DNA of 64,000 nucleotides from Vulcanimicrobiales bacterium (lineage in GTDB: Bacteria; Vulcanimicrobiota; Vulcanimicrobiia; Vulcanimicrobiales; Vulcanimicrobiaceae): positions 32,001 to 96,000 of the forward strand of contig JBBQQR010000003.1 of the NCBI GenBank assembly GCA_038215615.1, in the 5' to 3' direction. The position numbers were made by a program, and so were the translations under genes. Positions 1 to 11,178 of this stretch are shown piece by piece. The first letter of the stretch is position 1, and the number at the start of each line of letters is the position of its first letter. Below the pieces are notes generated by a model. It was not told the DNA's origin, ran no database searches, and saw only the letters and a list, made by a program, of their open reading frames with translations.

Positions 1-1441
1 CCGAGTCGCGGAGGTGGATGCCGTCCTTGAGTCGCGCTTTCGTTGTGCGTCTATCCTCGACGCCGTCTTTTTCGCTGAGCCGAATGGAAAATGGGTTCTT
101 TGGAAGAGGTTCTCGGTCGCCGTTATCTTTGCAGAAGGCAAGATAAGCCTCGTGAAGTGCGGCTACGGTTTCGGTGTACTGCGGTCCAATCTCGCAACGG
201 TCGGCGAGGAACCCGGCGACGCTATCTTGCTCGGCGCGGTAGGTTTCCGTCGCGGCGCGGACGGCCGACGCTTTTGGCAGGCCGTTCTCGTACCATGCCT
301 GCGCGCCGGAGGTCGCCCAGGTGAGGATTCCAGGCAGTTCGGCAATCAGCTTCTTGGTAAGGTCGCCGTCGCGTTCGGCTTCTGGAATAACGACATCGAA
401 GGGTATCTTTCGGATGCGGCGCCACATAGCGTCGGAGGTGTCGGTGATCTTCGGGTCATGGTTGGTCGCAAGCCAGATTGTGAACTGCGGGACATACGTC
501 TGGTTCGCGGCGTAGAGATGGCGCGCGGTGACCGGGTCTCCCCCCGTCAATGCTTTCATAAGTGCTGGAGCGAGTTTGCGGTGTTCTTCGGTCTCCGTAA
601 CCGTCACGAGCCGGGCGCCCTTCATCGCCGCGAGGTCATTCGTCGGCCTCTCGACTCGGTGTTGCATAAACGTCTCGGCGGCCGCGTGTTGCCCGTACGA
701 ACCGAACAACGCGCTGACGACGTTGAGGAAGGTGGACTTTCCGGTCGCGCCGCGTCCCATCAACATGAACCAGACCTGTTCTTCGGTCGATCCGGTAAGC
801 GAATATCCGACGGCGAGGCGAAGCAACTCGATAAGCTCGGGGTCACCGCCGCAGACGCGATGAATGAACGCATCCCATGTCGGCGCGACGGCATCTGGGT
901 CGTAGGCCGTTCCCGCGGATCTCGTGAGGTAGTCGGCCTGTCTAGCCGTTCGAGATTCGCCAGTCCGAAGGTCTACCACGCCGTTTTGAACCCCTAACAC
1001 ATAGGGATCGCTGTCGAACTCCACGTCTTTAGCGGAAAGCTTGAACTGCGCGATATTGAGCATGTTGTCGAGACCCTTGCGGCTGAGCGATTTGTTCGTC
1101 CAAATCGCCAACTTGAGCGCCGAGTCCGTCGGGAGCGTTGCCGCAGCCTGATACAATGCGCGGACGGCCTCTTCAGTTATGCGCCGCGCTTCTTCGTCAC
1201 AGTCTTCACGCCAGATCGTGCCGTCGAAAATGCGCCACCGCTTAAGCGGATGGTCGAAAAGCATTCGATCCCGGGCGTAAGCGACGAGCCAATCGCCGTT
1301 CCCGGCCTCGTTTGGCGACTTAAGAAGCCGGGCGACGGCATCCTGTGGGAATGCGGTCCGCACGACTTCATCTAAGGCGCGCAATGGCGCACTTTCGACG
1401 TTTGCCCCGGCGTGTGATAAACTGGATCTTGGATTCTTCAT
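1..1441 (-). CDS. Phage/plasmid P4-family D5-like SF3 helicase (D5_N + primase C-terminal ATPase); runs off window start
   Basis: Hand-translated, missing from ORF track: MKNPRSS...FDSDPYVLGVQNGVVDLRTG (D5_N)...GRGATGKSTF (Walker A)...LVTVTETE...MKALTGGDPVTARHLY...IWLATNHDP...AMWRRIRKIPF. Confidence 0.92.
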   Translation of the reverse strand, partial: MKNPRSSLSHAGANVESAPLRALDEVVRTAFPQDAVARLLKSPNEAGNGDWLVAYARDRMLFDHPLKRWRIFDGTIWREDCDEEARRITEEAVRALYQAAATLPTDSALKLAIWTNKSLSRKGLDNMLNIAQFKLSAKDVEFDSDPYVLGVQNGVVDLRTGESRTARQADYLTRSAGTAYDPDAVAPTWDAFIHRVCGGDPELIELLRLAVGYSLTGSTEEQVWFMLMGRGATGKSTFLNVVSALFGSYGQHAAAETFMQHRVERPTNDLAAMKGARLVTVTETEEHRKLAPALMKALTGGDPVTARHLYAANQTYVPQFTIWLATNHDPKITDTSDAMWRRIRKIPFDVVIPEAERDGDLTKKLIAELPGILTWATSGAQAWYENGLPKASAVRAATETYRAEQDSVAGFLADRCEIGPQYTETVAALHEAYLAFCKDNGDREPLPKNPFSIRLSEKDGVEDRRTTKARLKDGIHLRDS

Positions 1442-1450
1442 AGTCCACTC

Positions 1451-1478
1451 AGGCGGCGTCGTAAGCGCCGCCTTTTTC
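1451..1478 (+). terminator. Intrinsic terminator oriented antisense to the xis-helicase transcript
   Basis: AGGCGGCG-TCGTAAG-CGCCGCCT followed by TTTTT on + strand. Confidence 0.6.
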
Positions 1479-1540
1479 TATCGGTGACTCCCGTCGTGAG
1501 GCACGGAAGAGTGCGTCAGGAATCGCGGCGGTCTGGGAAT

Positions 1541-1783
1541 CTAGCCTTCAGCTTGTCGGCGCCGCGGGAAGACCCACTCTTCGCGTGGTCCGCGCTGTTC
1601 ACTCTGCGCAATAAAGGCCATCAAGGCGCTCTGACGGATGCGGCGGCGCTTACCGATCATGACGTAGCCCAACTCGCCAGAGTTCATGAATCCGTAAATC
1701 GTCGGCATACTCACGCCGAGTATTGCTGACGCTTCTTTTCCGCTCAGAAGCCTCTCCTCGGGCACAATAGCAAGTTTTGGCAT
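1541..1783 (-). CDS. Excisionase-like helix-turn-helix protein (HTH_17/Xis family)
   Basis: LLSGKEASAILGVSMPTIYGFMNSGELGYVMIGKRRRIRQSALMAFI; AAGGAG SD before ATG 1783. Confidence 0.88.
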   Translation of the reverse strand: MPKLAIVPEERLLSGKEASAILGVSMPTIYGFMNSGELGYVMIGKRRRIRQSALMAFIAQSEQRGPREEWVFPRRRQAEG

Positions 1784-1900
1784 ATCTTCTCCTTGGGGGG
1801 TTCGGCCGCAAAAGGCCGAGCCTCGCTTAAATGTTACCAAGTTTTACTGGCGAAAGGAAGATATTGTTCAATTGTGCCGAAAACGACTTTTCAGATAACT

Positions 1901-2821
1901 ATGAAAAAACGACCAGGTAGGCCAACCCGCCCCACCATCGAGGGCGCCCGAGCGGTACACATCCGGCGCCGTCTCATTGCCTTGTTGCTGCACTCGTCGC
2001 TCTCGTTTGAGGATCTCGCAGAACTGCTCGCGCCATTGGAGCAGGTCGCGGATCTTGTAGCACCCCCTAATCGTTCACTCGGCCTATCGCTCGCAAGCAT
2101 CGTGACCGACATACAGTTGCGAAAAGTCCTAGATCCAAAGACGCGCCGTAAGGCCGCCACAGCACCCATAGACGCGGAACGCGGCATTCTGTACGACCTT
2201 ATTTGCGACAAACTAGCGATGGGCGCCGACAACCCCTTACACGTCGCTATTGGTTTGGCACTCAAGGACGTAGACGATGACGAGCCTGCGAATCGCAAGA
2301 GTGCCCTAAAGTTCATCGATCACTATAGCCGGGCCGCGCGCACCGCCGCCTCGACGGACGGGGACAATCCATTTCCAACTACTAACACGCAAAAAAAGCA
2401 ACTAGAAAAATGGGGCGGCATTAGCGAAGTGATGCTGTTCGTTTTGGCACCCGGCTATCTGCGGCGTTCACTAGAGGTCTACGCAAGGCGCCTTAGGCAT
2501 CACGCCCTTCGTGGGTTTGAGAAAGAGTTACGCACTAGTAAGCGCGACATCGTGCTGTCTCTCTCCGAAGCGATGCCGCGCGCACAAACGGGGCGGACGC
2601 AAAAAGTCCATTTGGAACAGGACCTTAGCCGCCTAGACCGGATCGCCGACCGCTTCGAGAAGACGAGCGGAACCCTCGCAAAACTGCGCCGCAAAGGCGA
2701 TCCAAACACGTCGCGCCCCACCTCCGAAGCAGAACTTGAAATCAAACGGTTCATTTTCGGCCGTGACGCGGACGGGCATCCTCACCCAGACCTCTTAACC
2801 TTAAAAAGGGAGACCTCATGA
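1901..2821 (+). CDS. Hypothetical protein in the repressor position of the element
   Basis: 306-aa ORF divergent from xis, ATGA overlap with integrase; N-terminal KKRPGRP; no family recognised. Confidence 0.7.
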   Translation: MKKRPGRPTRPTIEGARAVHIRRRLIALLLHSSLSFEDLAELLAPLEQVADLVAPPNRSLGLSLASIVTDIQLRKVLDPKTRRKAATAPIDAERGILYDLICDKLAMGADNPLHVAIGLALKDVDDDEPANRKSALKFIDHYSRAARTAASTDGDNPFPTTNTQKKQLEKWGGISEVMLFVLAPGYLRRSLEVYARRLRHHALRGFEKELRTSKRDIVLSLSEAMPRAQTGRTQKVHLEQDLSRLDRIADRFEKTSGTLAKLRRKGDPNTSRPTSEAELEIKRFIFGRDADGHPHPDLLTLKRETS

Positions 2822-3954
2822 ATCGCAAACGGCGCGGAAACAACGAAGGCTCGATCTATCAGCGCAAGGACGGCTGGTGGGTTGCGGCGGTATCTGGCGG
2901 CTACGACGAAACGGGCCGTCATCTGCGCCGATCCGTCTACGGTAAGTCGAAGGCGGAAGTCCGCGAAAAACTGCTCGCGCTGCAAAGTCAGGTGAAGTCG
3001 GCGGGACGCGTCAAACGCCCGAGCGTCGAAACTTTGACTTCCTTTTTGACGGCGTGGGTCGATCATGTCGTGAAGCCGAAAGTGCGCGAGACGACCTATC
3101 GCAGCTATGAGATGACCATGCGAGTCCACATCTTCCCGCACGTCGGCAAAGTGCGGCTCGACGAGTTCCGCGTCGCCGATGTCAGGCAGTTGCAGAGAAG
3201 GGTGGCGGCGACCGCTAGTCCGCGCACTCAGCGGCTCGTTCACACAGTTCTGCATAGCGCCTTGAAAGAGGCTGTGCGTGACGAAAGAATATCGCTAAAC
3301 CCCTGCGGCCGAGAACTAGTTGACGCGCCGAGGTACACCCCTCAGCAGATAAGGCCGCTAACGACTGAACAGGCGCAAGCCCTGCTCGATGCTGCGCGCG
3401 GGGACCGTTTAGAGGCCCTGTACGTTCTCGCCCTGACGACTGGAATGCGCTCCGGCGAACTGTTCGCGCTTCATTGGGAGGACGTGGATTTGAACGTCGG
3501 GTCGCTGTCTGTCCGGCGCTCGTTACAAAATATCAATGGAAAAACGCTGCTGGTCGAACCGAAGACCAGGGCTGGTAAACGCCGCATCGACCTTGCGTCT
3601 CTTGCGGTCGCGGCGCTTCGAGAGCATCGCAAGCGCCTTCTTGCTGAGGGCCTGGCGGCGTCCGCTCTCGTCTTTCCAAGCAGTTCGGGGTCGCCGCTTC
3701 AAAGCCGGAACGTTACCAGGCGCAGTTTTGAGCCGCTCCTGGCGAAGGCCGGACTGCCGCGGATCCGTTTCCACGACCTGCGGCACACCTTCGCGACGAC
3801 GATGCTCACCCAGGGCGTCCATCCGAAAGTCGTGCAAGAAATGCTCGGTCACTCAAAGATCGTGGTGACGTTGGATACCTATTCGCATTGCGTCCCGTCG
3901 ATGCAAAAAGAGGCCGCGGCCCGGCTCGATTCCATCTTCTCACGAATGGGCTAG
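2818..3954 (+). CDS. Tyrosine recombinase/integrase (ICEBs1/phage-type)
   Basis: N-terminal RRGNNEGSIYQRKDG arm-binding domain; catalytic R (TGMRSGE), HDLRH, LGHS, Y (TLDTYSH). Confidence 0.97.
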   Translation: MNRKRRGNNEGSIYQRKDGWWVAAVSGGYDETGRHLRRSVYGKSKAEVREKLLALQSQVKSAGRVKRPSVETLTSFLTAWVDHVVKPKVRETTYRSYEMTMRVHIFPHVGKVRLDEFRVADVRQLQRRVAATASPRTQRLVHTVLHSALKEAVRDERISLNPCGRELVDAPRYTPQQIRPLTTEQAQALLDAARGDRLEALYVLALTTGMRSGELFALHWEDVDLNVGSLSVRRSLQNINGKTLLVEPKTRAGKRRIDLASLAVAALREHRKRLLAEGLAASALVFPSSSGSPLQSRNVTRRSFEPLLAKAGLPRIRFHDLRHTFATTMLTQGVHPKVVQEMLGHSKIVVTLDTYSHCVPSMQKEAAARLDSIFSRMG

Positions 3955-3962
3955 TCGGCGAC

Positions 3963-3986
3963 TTGCTGTAGACTATTGCTGTAAAC
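3963..3986 (+). repeat. Tandem direct repeat, probable integrase arm-type binding sites
   Basis: TTGCTGTAGAC at 3963 and TTGCTGTAAAC at 3976, between int stop and tRNA. Confidence 0.55.
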
Positions 3987-4050
3987 CGCCCGCAACAGGG
4001 CAACTATCAGAAAATAGAACGCCCATCCCCTTACAGGACGGGCGTTTTTA

Positions 4051-4126
4051 TGGCTCCGGATGTTGGACTCGAACCAACGACCCGCTGATTAACAGTCAGC
4101 TGCTCTACCAACTGAGCTAATCCGGA
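4051..4126 (-). tRNA. tRNA-Asn(GTT)
   Basis: Reverse complement TCCGGATTAGCTCAGTTGGTAGAGCAGCTGACTGTTAATCAGCGGGTCGTTGGTTCGAGTCCAACATCCGGAGCCA; cloverleaf, encoded CCA. Confidence 0.97.
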
Positions 4127-4153
4127 CTGCGCTCGGCCTGTTCTCCGCACACG

Positions 4154-4184
4154 AAAGCGGCACCCGTTTCCGGGTGCCGCTTTT
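4154..4184. terminator. Bidirectional terminator-like hairpin
   Basis: AAAGCGGCACCCG-TTTC-CGGGTGCCGCTTT perfect 13-bp stem. Confidence 0.75.
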
Positions 4185-4208
4185 GCACTTACGGGTTGGT
4201 GGAAGTGG

Positions 4209-4805
4209 TTACGGGCCCGCTTGGCGGCGGACCAGCAAGGGACGCGTGAGCGTCAACTGGATATTCGCCCCCGGCGAGAGCGTGAGGTTGGCTTTTTTGT
4301 TTTGGCCGATCAGGAATCCGCCGGCCGCGCCGATCAGGCCGCCGATTCCGGTGGCGGCGTGAAAGATCGTCTTGGCGACGATGTTGCCAGCGATCAATCC
4401 GCCGATCGTCGTCAGCACGGTATGGCCGCCGCTCTTCTTCTGTTGTGTCGTACCTGCGCCGGTCACTTCAGCATTAATCGGATAGGACGAGCCGTTTGCC
4501 AGCGTGATCGTCGAGAAGTTCAGAAGCAGCTCCGGGTTGCGCCCTTGGCCGGCCGGCGTCACCTTAACGACTTCGCCGCTGGCGACGGCATTGGCTAAGT
4601 CGGTGTCGCCCTCGGGATACGGCGGAACGACGCGCGCGGTGAAGCGCTCGCCGACGTAGGCCGAGCCCGTGTCGAGCGTGCTCTGCATCGAAAGGTTCAC
4701 ATTGTCGCCCTTGGCAAGTGTGACGGTCGTTTGCGCGAACGCGAACGACGGCGCCGCGAAAGCCGCGAGCATCGCGACGGCCGCGATTTTGCTGCTAAAA
4801 TTCAT
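4209..4805 (-). CDS. Secreted hypothetical protein (TrbI/VirB10-like beta domain + glycine zipper)
   Basis: Signal peptide MNFSSKIAAVAMLAAFAAPSFAFA; C-terminal GGLIGAAGG zipper; GGAGA SD. Confidence 0.7.
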   Translation of the reverse strand: MNFSSKIAAVAMLAAFAAPSFAFAQTTVTLAKGDNVNLSMQSTLDTGSAYVGERFTARVVPPYPEGDTDLANAVASGEVVKVTPAGQGRNPELLLNFSTITLANGSSYPINAEVTGAGTTQQKKSGGHTVLTTIGGLIAGNIVAKTIFHAATGIGGLIGAAGGFLIGQNKKANLTLSPGANIQLTLTRPLLVRRQAGP

Positions 4806-4862
4806 GCAGTCTCCTTTGGCTGGCAGCGTTTTAGGAAGTAACGTCACAGCGCCGCCGGGAGT

Positions 4863-6095
4863 TCAGTGCTTGGCGAAATCGGGGACTTTGAGCGCGTCGG
4901 CGCTCAGACCCGAGGCCGCGCGCAGCGCCTCGACCTTGTCGAGTTTCTCCCACGGCAGATCCAAATCGGGGCGGCCGAAATGCCCGTAGGCAGACGTTTG
5001 CCTGTAGATAGGGCGGCGCAAGTCGAGGCGGTCGATAATCGCCGCCGGCCGCAGGTCGAACGTCTTGGCGACGATCTCCGCGATGCGGTCCTCGGGAATC
5101 TTTGCCGTGCCGAACGTTTCGACCGAAACGTTCATCGGACGCGCGACGCCGATCGCATACGCGACCTGCACCTCGCAGCGGTCCGCTAAGCCGGCCGCTA
5201 CGATATTTTTCGCAACGTGCCGCGCGGCGTACGCGCCGGAGCGATCGACCTTGGTCGGATCTTTTCCCGAAAAAGCTCCGCCGCCGTGCCGCGCCATCCC
5301 TCCATACGTGTCGGCGATGATCTTGCGTCCGGTCAACCCGGCGTCGCCCTTGGGACCACCAATCACAAAGCGGCCCGTCGGGTTCACATAGATGCGCGTA
5401 TTCGCATCGCGCAGCGATGCCGGAATAACGTGATTGATCACTTTTTCCGTGATTTCGCTGCGGATCGTTTCCAGCGCGATGTCCGGATCGTGCTGCGTCG
5501 AAACGACGACCGCGTCGATCCGCACCGGTTTATCTCCGTCGTACTCGACGGTGACTTGGGATTTGCCGTCCGGACGAAGGTACGGAATATCGCCATTTTT
5601 GCGCAGCGCGGTCAGGTGGCGCACCAAATTGTGCGCCAGCACGATCGGCAGCGGCATCAATTCCTCGGTGTCGCGGCAAGCGTACCCGAACATCATACCT
5701 TGATCGCCGGCGCCCAGACGCTCGTAGCGGTCGTCGGGGTGCTCGCCGGCCTTGGCTTCGAGCGAATTGTCGACACCCAGGGCGATGTCGGCCGACTGCT
5801 CGTCGATCGAAACGCTGACGCCGCACGTTTCAGCATCGAATCCAACGGCAGACTTCGTGTAACCGATGTCTTCGATCACCTGGCGCACGATGCGCGGAAT
5901 ATCGATGTAGGTGTTGGTCGTAATCTCGCCGGCGATGTGAATCTGCCCGGTGATCGCAAACGTCTCGCAGGCGACGCGCCCTTGCGGGTCCGCTTTGAGA
6001 ATCGCATCGAGCACCGCATCCGAAATTTGGTCCGCGACTTTGTCGGGATGCCCCTCGGTTACGGACTCGCTGGTGAAAAGACGACGGAATCCCAT
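4863..6095 (-). CDS. metK: S-adenosylmethionine synthetase
   Basis: [35 protein letters not shown]. Confidence 0.99.
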   Translation of the reverse strand: MGFRRLFTSESVTEGHPDKVADQISDAVLDAILKADPQGRVACETFAITGQIHIAGEITTNTYIDIPRIVRQVIEDIGYTKSAVGFDAETCGVSVSIDEQSADIALGVDNSLEAKAGEHPDDRYERLGAGDQGMMFGYACRDTEELMPLPIVLAHNLVRHLTALRKNGDIPYLRPDGKSQVTVEYDGDKPVRIDAVVVSTQHDPDIALETIRSEITEKVINHVIPASLRDANTRIYVNPTGRFVIGGPKGDAGLTGRKIIADTYGGMARHGGGAFSGKDPTKVDRSGAYAARHVAKNIVAAGLADRCEVQVAYAIGVARPMNVSVETFGTAKIPEDRIAEIVAKTFDLRPAAIIDRLDLRRPIYRQTSAYGHFGRPDLDLPWEKLDKVEALRAASGLSADALKVPDFAKH

Positions 6096-6096
6096 C

Positions 6097-7980
<1,884 letters not shown>

Positions 7981-7995
<15 letters not shown>

Positions 7996-8787
7996 ATCGA
8001 GAAACGGGCGGATATCTTCTTCCGCCACTTCCATGCCGACGCCGCGCGTATTGTAGCGGATGTCGTGAAAATCCGACCCGCCCGTCATCACCAAACCGTA
8101 TTGTTGCGCGATCCCGCGGAAATGGTGCCGCAAATTGGCGTCGTGCGTCGGATAAAACACTTCCAAGCCGCGCAAGCCACGCTGCGCTAATTCGCCAATG
8201 ATCGATTCGTCCCGCAAACGTCCGGGATGCGCGAGCACGGGTACGCCGCCGGCCGCGAGAATTGCGTCGACAGCTTGGTGCGGCGTGATGTGCGTTGAGG
8301 GCACGTACCCCGGCGTTCCGCCGCGCAAGAATCCGCGAAACGCGCTCTCGATGTCGGAGACGATGCCTTTACGGATGAGCGCTTTACCAACATGCGGCCG
8401 GCCTAACGTTGCGTTGGGCGCTGCCTCCGCTTCCACGTCTGCGAAACTGATCTCGTGACCCGCTTCGCGCAGTTGCGTCACGATTTGGCCGACCCGCACA
8501 CGTCGCGCTTCGCGGTTTGCTTCGATGACCGCGGTCAACGGCGATGGACCCGTCTGCAGCCCGTATCCCAGGATGTGCACTTCGCCGCCGGAATGCGCGG
8601 CGTTAATTTCGATGCCGGTCACGACGCGCAGGCCGGGCACGGGTTCGAGCCGATCGAACGCGGCGAGCGTATCGTGATCGGTGATCGCGAAAATCTGCAC
8701 GCCCCGCGTGCGCATGAAGTCGCGAAGTTCGGAGGGTGAGAGGGTACCGTCGCTCTCGCAGGTATGCGAGTGAAAGTCGACTAGCGC
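7981..8787 (-). CDS. PHP-domain phosphoesterase (TrpH/YciV-like); start codon non-canonical or uncertain
   Basis: LVDFHSHTCESDG motif lies upstream of first ATG (8715); AITDHDT, HILGY, VLAHP, GGSDFH. Confidence 0.88.
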
Positions 8788-9092
8788 TGCGCTTCCCCTT
8801 CCAAACGGCGCTCGATCCGCAGCGAGATGCCGGTTCGCTCGTTGCCGTCTATTTGCACATCTATAAAGGAAGGCACGCAGCTTAAATCCATCTGACCGGC
8901 CAAGTAACTGCGCGCGATCGCGATCGCCTTGACCGCCTGATTGATGGCGCCTGCGCCGACCGCTTGCAGCTCCACACCGGGCCGTTCGCGCAGAACGGCC
9001 GCCAAGGCTCCCGCCACCGAGTTGGGATTGCTCTTGGCTGAAACTTTGAGGATATTGCTGGTGATGACCGGTTTTGACGGATCCTCTATCAT
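8781..9092 (-). CDS. spoVS: Stage V sporulation protein S family
   Basis: LKVSAKSNPNSVAGALA...QAVGAGAINQAVKAIAIAR; ATGA overlap with ymdB. Confidence 0.95.
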   Translation of the reverse strand: MIEDPSKPVITSNILKVSAKSNPNSVAGALAAVLRERPGVELQAVGAGAINQAVKAIAIARSYLAGQMDLSCVPSFIDVQIDGNERTGISLRIERRLEGEAQR

Positions 9093-9883
9093 GCTATGCC
9101 TCGCTGAAAAATTCGCTTGATCTCCGTCGCGCGCCCGGAGTCCACATCGATGATTACGACCGCCGCACAAAACTGTTTCGTGCCGGTCTTCTCGACTGAA
9201 AACCTATCCGAAAATCCAGTGATGAAGCGATCTAAGACGGCTTCCGACTCCATTCCGATGATGCCTTCGGTCGGCCCGGTCATGCCAACATCACTGATGT
9301 AGGCGGTTCCGCCCGGCAGAATATGTTCGTCCGCGGTCTGAACGTGCGTGTGCGTCCCGTAGACCGCCGCGACTTTGCCGTCTAAGTACCGGCCGAGTGC
9401 AACCTTCTCGCTCGTCGCTTCGGCGTGCACATCTACTACGATGACGCGCGCCTGCGCGCTCAGGTTTGCAAGCGCCGCATCCACGGCCCGAAACGGATCG
9501 TCCACCGGTGGCATGAACGTCCGGCCCATCACGTTTATGACTCCTATCGTCAAGCCATTGGCCGAAAACGTACCGGTGCCCCGGCCGGGAACGCCCGGCG
9601 GGTAGTTGACCGGACGGATGACTCGGTCACTCGATTCCAGGTACGTCTTGAAGTCGCGCTTGTCGAGAATGTGGTTTCCGCTTGTGATGAAATCGACGCC
9701 GGTCTCGAACATTTCTTCGGCGGTCAGCACCGTCAAACCGAATCCGCCGGCAGCGTTTTCTCCATTTGCGATGCACGCGTCGATCTTGTATTGATCGCGC
9801 GCCATCGGGAGGCAGCGTTTGAGCGTTTCTCGTCCCGGCGATCCGACGACGTCGCCCACCAGGAGCAGATTTAGTCTCTTTAT
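9089..9883 (-). CDS. ymdB: YmdB-like metallophosphoesterase (TIGR00282); start non-canonical (ATA 9883, CTA 9874 or CTG 9868)
   Basis: LNLLLVGDVVGSPG, NGENAAGGFG, TSGNH, HAEATSEK, GTHTHVQTAD, DVGMTGP. Confidence 0.93.
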   Translation of the reverse strand: MKRLNLLLVGDVVGSPGRETLKRCLPMARDQYKIDACIANGENAAGGFGLTVLTAEEMFETGVDFITSGNHILDKRDFKTYLESSDRVIRPVNYPPGVPGRGTGTFSANGLTIGVINVMGRTFMPPVDDPFRAVDAALANLSAQARVIVVDVHAEATSEKVALGRYLDGKVAAVYGTHTHVQTADEHILPGGTAYISDVGMTGPTEGIIGMESEAVLDRFITGFSDRFSVEKTGTKQFCAAVVIIDVDSGRATEIKRIFQRGIA

Positions 9884-10425
9884 CGGCGGGCCGGAGCCTT
9901 TTTCTTTCGCGATTTCAAGAAGTACACGAGCACATGTTTTTCCTCACGGAAGCCGACAAGACTCTTTGACTGCGCGGGATCCCGTAACGCTTCGACCGCG
10001 CACTCGACCAGTTCATCCTGCGCCACCGGATCCTCATCGGGATGTTCGTCGGGTACGGTGTTACGCACCAGCGCCGCTCCAAAGAGCTGCGCGAAGAGTC
10101 CGGTCAGCATGCCCAGTTCGTCTTTGGTGAAGGTATCGAGGTCGCGGCTCACATGCACGAAGCTCAGCGCCCGCTCGGATTCGCACTCCACGCTCAAGTC
10201 GCCGCCACCGCCCGAGAGTGCCTGGAAACCCTTGACATGCGCTTCGATCTCCTCGCCGATCGCGCGTTGAGTCTGCCGGTCCATCCGCTGCCCGATGGCA
10301 AAGGTGAACCGCACCATGCCCTCGCTGGGCATCGAGCGGATAGACGCAATCTCAGGATAGCGCACGAGCAGCGCGCACACCAAATTGACGGTATCGCTAT
10401 TCTCGACGGGCGGCCGGGCGGTCAT
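9880..10425 (-). CDS. Conserved hypothetical protein
   Basis: LLVRYPEIASI...LVGFREEKHVLVYF; GAAGGAAG SD; heads the ymdB operon. Confidence 0.75.
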   Translation of the reverse strand: MTARPPVENSDTVNLVCALLVRYPEIASIRSMPSEGMVRFTFAIGQRMDRQTQRAIGEEIEAHVKGFQALSGGGGDLSVECESERALSFVHVSRDLDTFTKDELGMLTGLFAQLFGAALVRNTVPDEHPDEDPVAQDELVECAVEALRDPAQSKSLVGFREEKHVLVYFLKSRKKKAPARR

Positions 10426-10593
10426 GATCGATGCTTCCTTCGTACCTGTCTTTGGGCTGTGAATCGCTGGGGGGTCCGGTCTCTTAGACATCCGCTCCAG
10501 AGCCCCCCTTTGCTATTCACGCCCTCTCCAACCAACAGCGAGGGGGGTCCGGTTGCCGGGGGGCCGCCACCGTCCCTCGCGAAGCCCCCAGCC

Positions 10594-11139
10594 GTGAGCA
10601 AACGCCTGCCGCTCTGGCTCGCCGCAGTCGTCCCATCGATGGCGGCCGGCCACGTCGCGGGCTACGCGCTATCGGGACTAAGCTCGGCCGACGGCCGGCA
10701 TGGCTGGCTCTCGCCCGCCCTTGAAGTCTGCGGAGCCGCGCTGATCGGCTTGGGCGCGCTCATCATCGCGAGCACCTTGCTGCGCGCCGGCGTCTTCCGT
10801 CGATCGCAGATCGAAAGCTCGGTGTTGGCGCTGGCGCCGCGGTTGGCGGCATCGCAGCTCGTGCTCTTCGTTGCGGCAGAGACATTCGAAGGGCGCAGCA
10901 TCACGCCGGCCGGCATCGCCACGCAGATCGTATCGGCGCTGCTCGCCGCGTATATGCTTTCGCTATTCAGCAGAATCATCGAACGCTGTATCGCCGGTGC
11001 CGCCGAAGCCGGCAGCTATCTCGACCGTCTTGCCGCGGTCACCGCGGCCTTCTCGCTCATCGAATCCGCGCCGCGATCCCTTGCGCTTTTCGCAAGTGCA
11101 GGCAACAGCCGTTTTCAGCGACCTCCTCCGTTCGCGTAG
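10594..11139 (+). CDS. Membrane leader protein with C-terminal RPPP (RAPP-like) motif
   Basis: GTG start; several hydrophobic segments, AAGHVAGY and GRHGW His motifs; ends RFQRPPPFA*. Confidence 0.75.
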   Translation: MSKRLPLWLAAVVPSMAAGHVAGYALSGLSSADGRHGWLSPALEVCGAALIGLGALIIASTLLRAGVFRRSQIESSVLALAPRLAASQLVLFVAAETFEGRSITPAGIATQIVSALLAAYMLSLFSRIIERCIAGAAEAGSYLDRLAAVTAAFSLIESAPRSLALFASAGNSRFQRPPPFA

Positions 11140-11171
11140 TCATTACGCTCTTGACTACACTCAAACGGAGG
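11125..11171 (+). promoter_or_regulatory. SD-sequestering hairpin (translational attenuator)
   Basis: CCTCCGTT (11125-32) pairs with AACGGAGG (11164-71); inner stem GTAGTCA (11136-42)/TGACTAC (11152-58). Confidence 0.7.
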
Positions 11172-11178
11172 TATTCGC

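Larger units (their letters stand above)
1..4050. mobile_element. Right part of an integrated phage-satellite/PICI-like or integrative plasmid-like element inserted at the tRNA-Asn 3' end
   Basis: Helicase + excisionase + divergent orphan + tyrosine integrase converging on the tRNA 3' end; the other att copy would lie outside the window. Confidence 0.85.

Noticed and set aside
14..997. 327-aa + strand ORF
   Set aside because: Antisense shadow of the minus-strand D5 helicase
8781..9092. spoVS as evidence of sporulation
   Set aside because: The family is widespread in non-sporulating phyla; no other spore genes here
10454..10580. c-di-AMP riboswitch, SRP or 6S RNA identity for the hairpins
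   Set aside because: Consensus motifs not matched by eye; kept as an unknown structure
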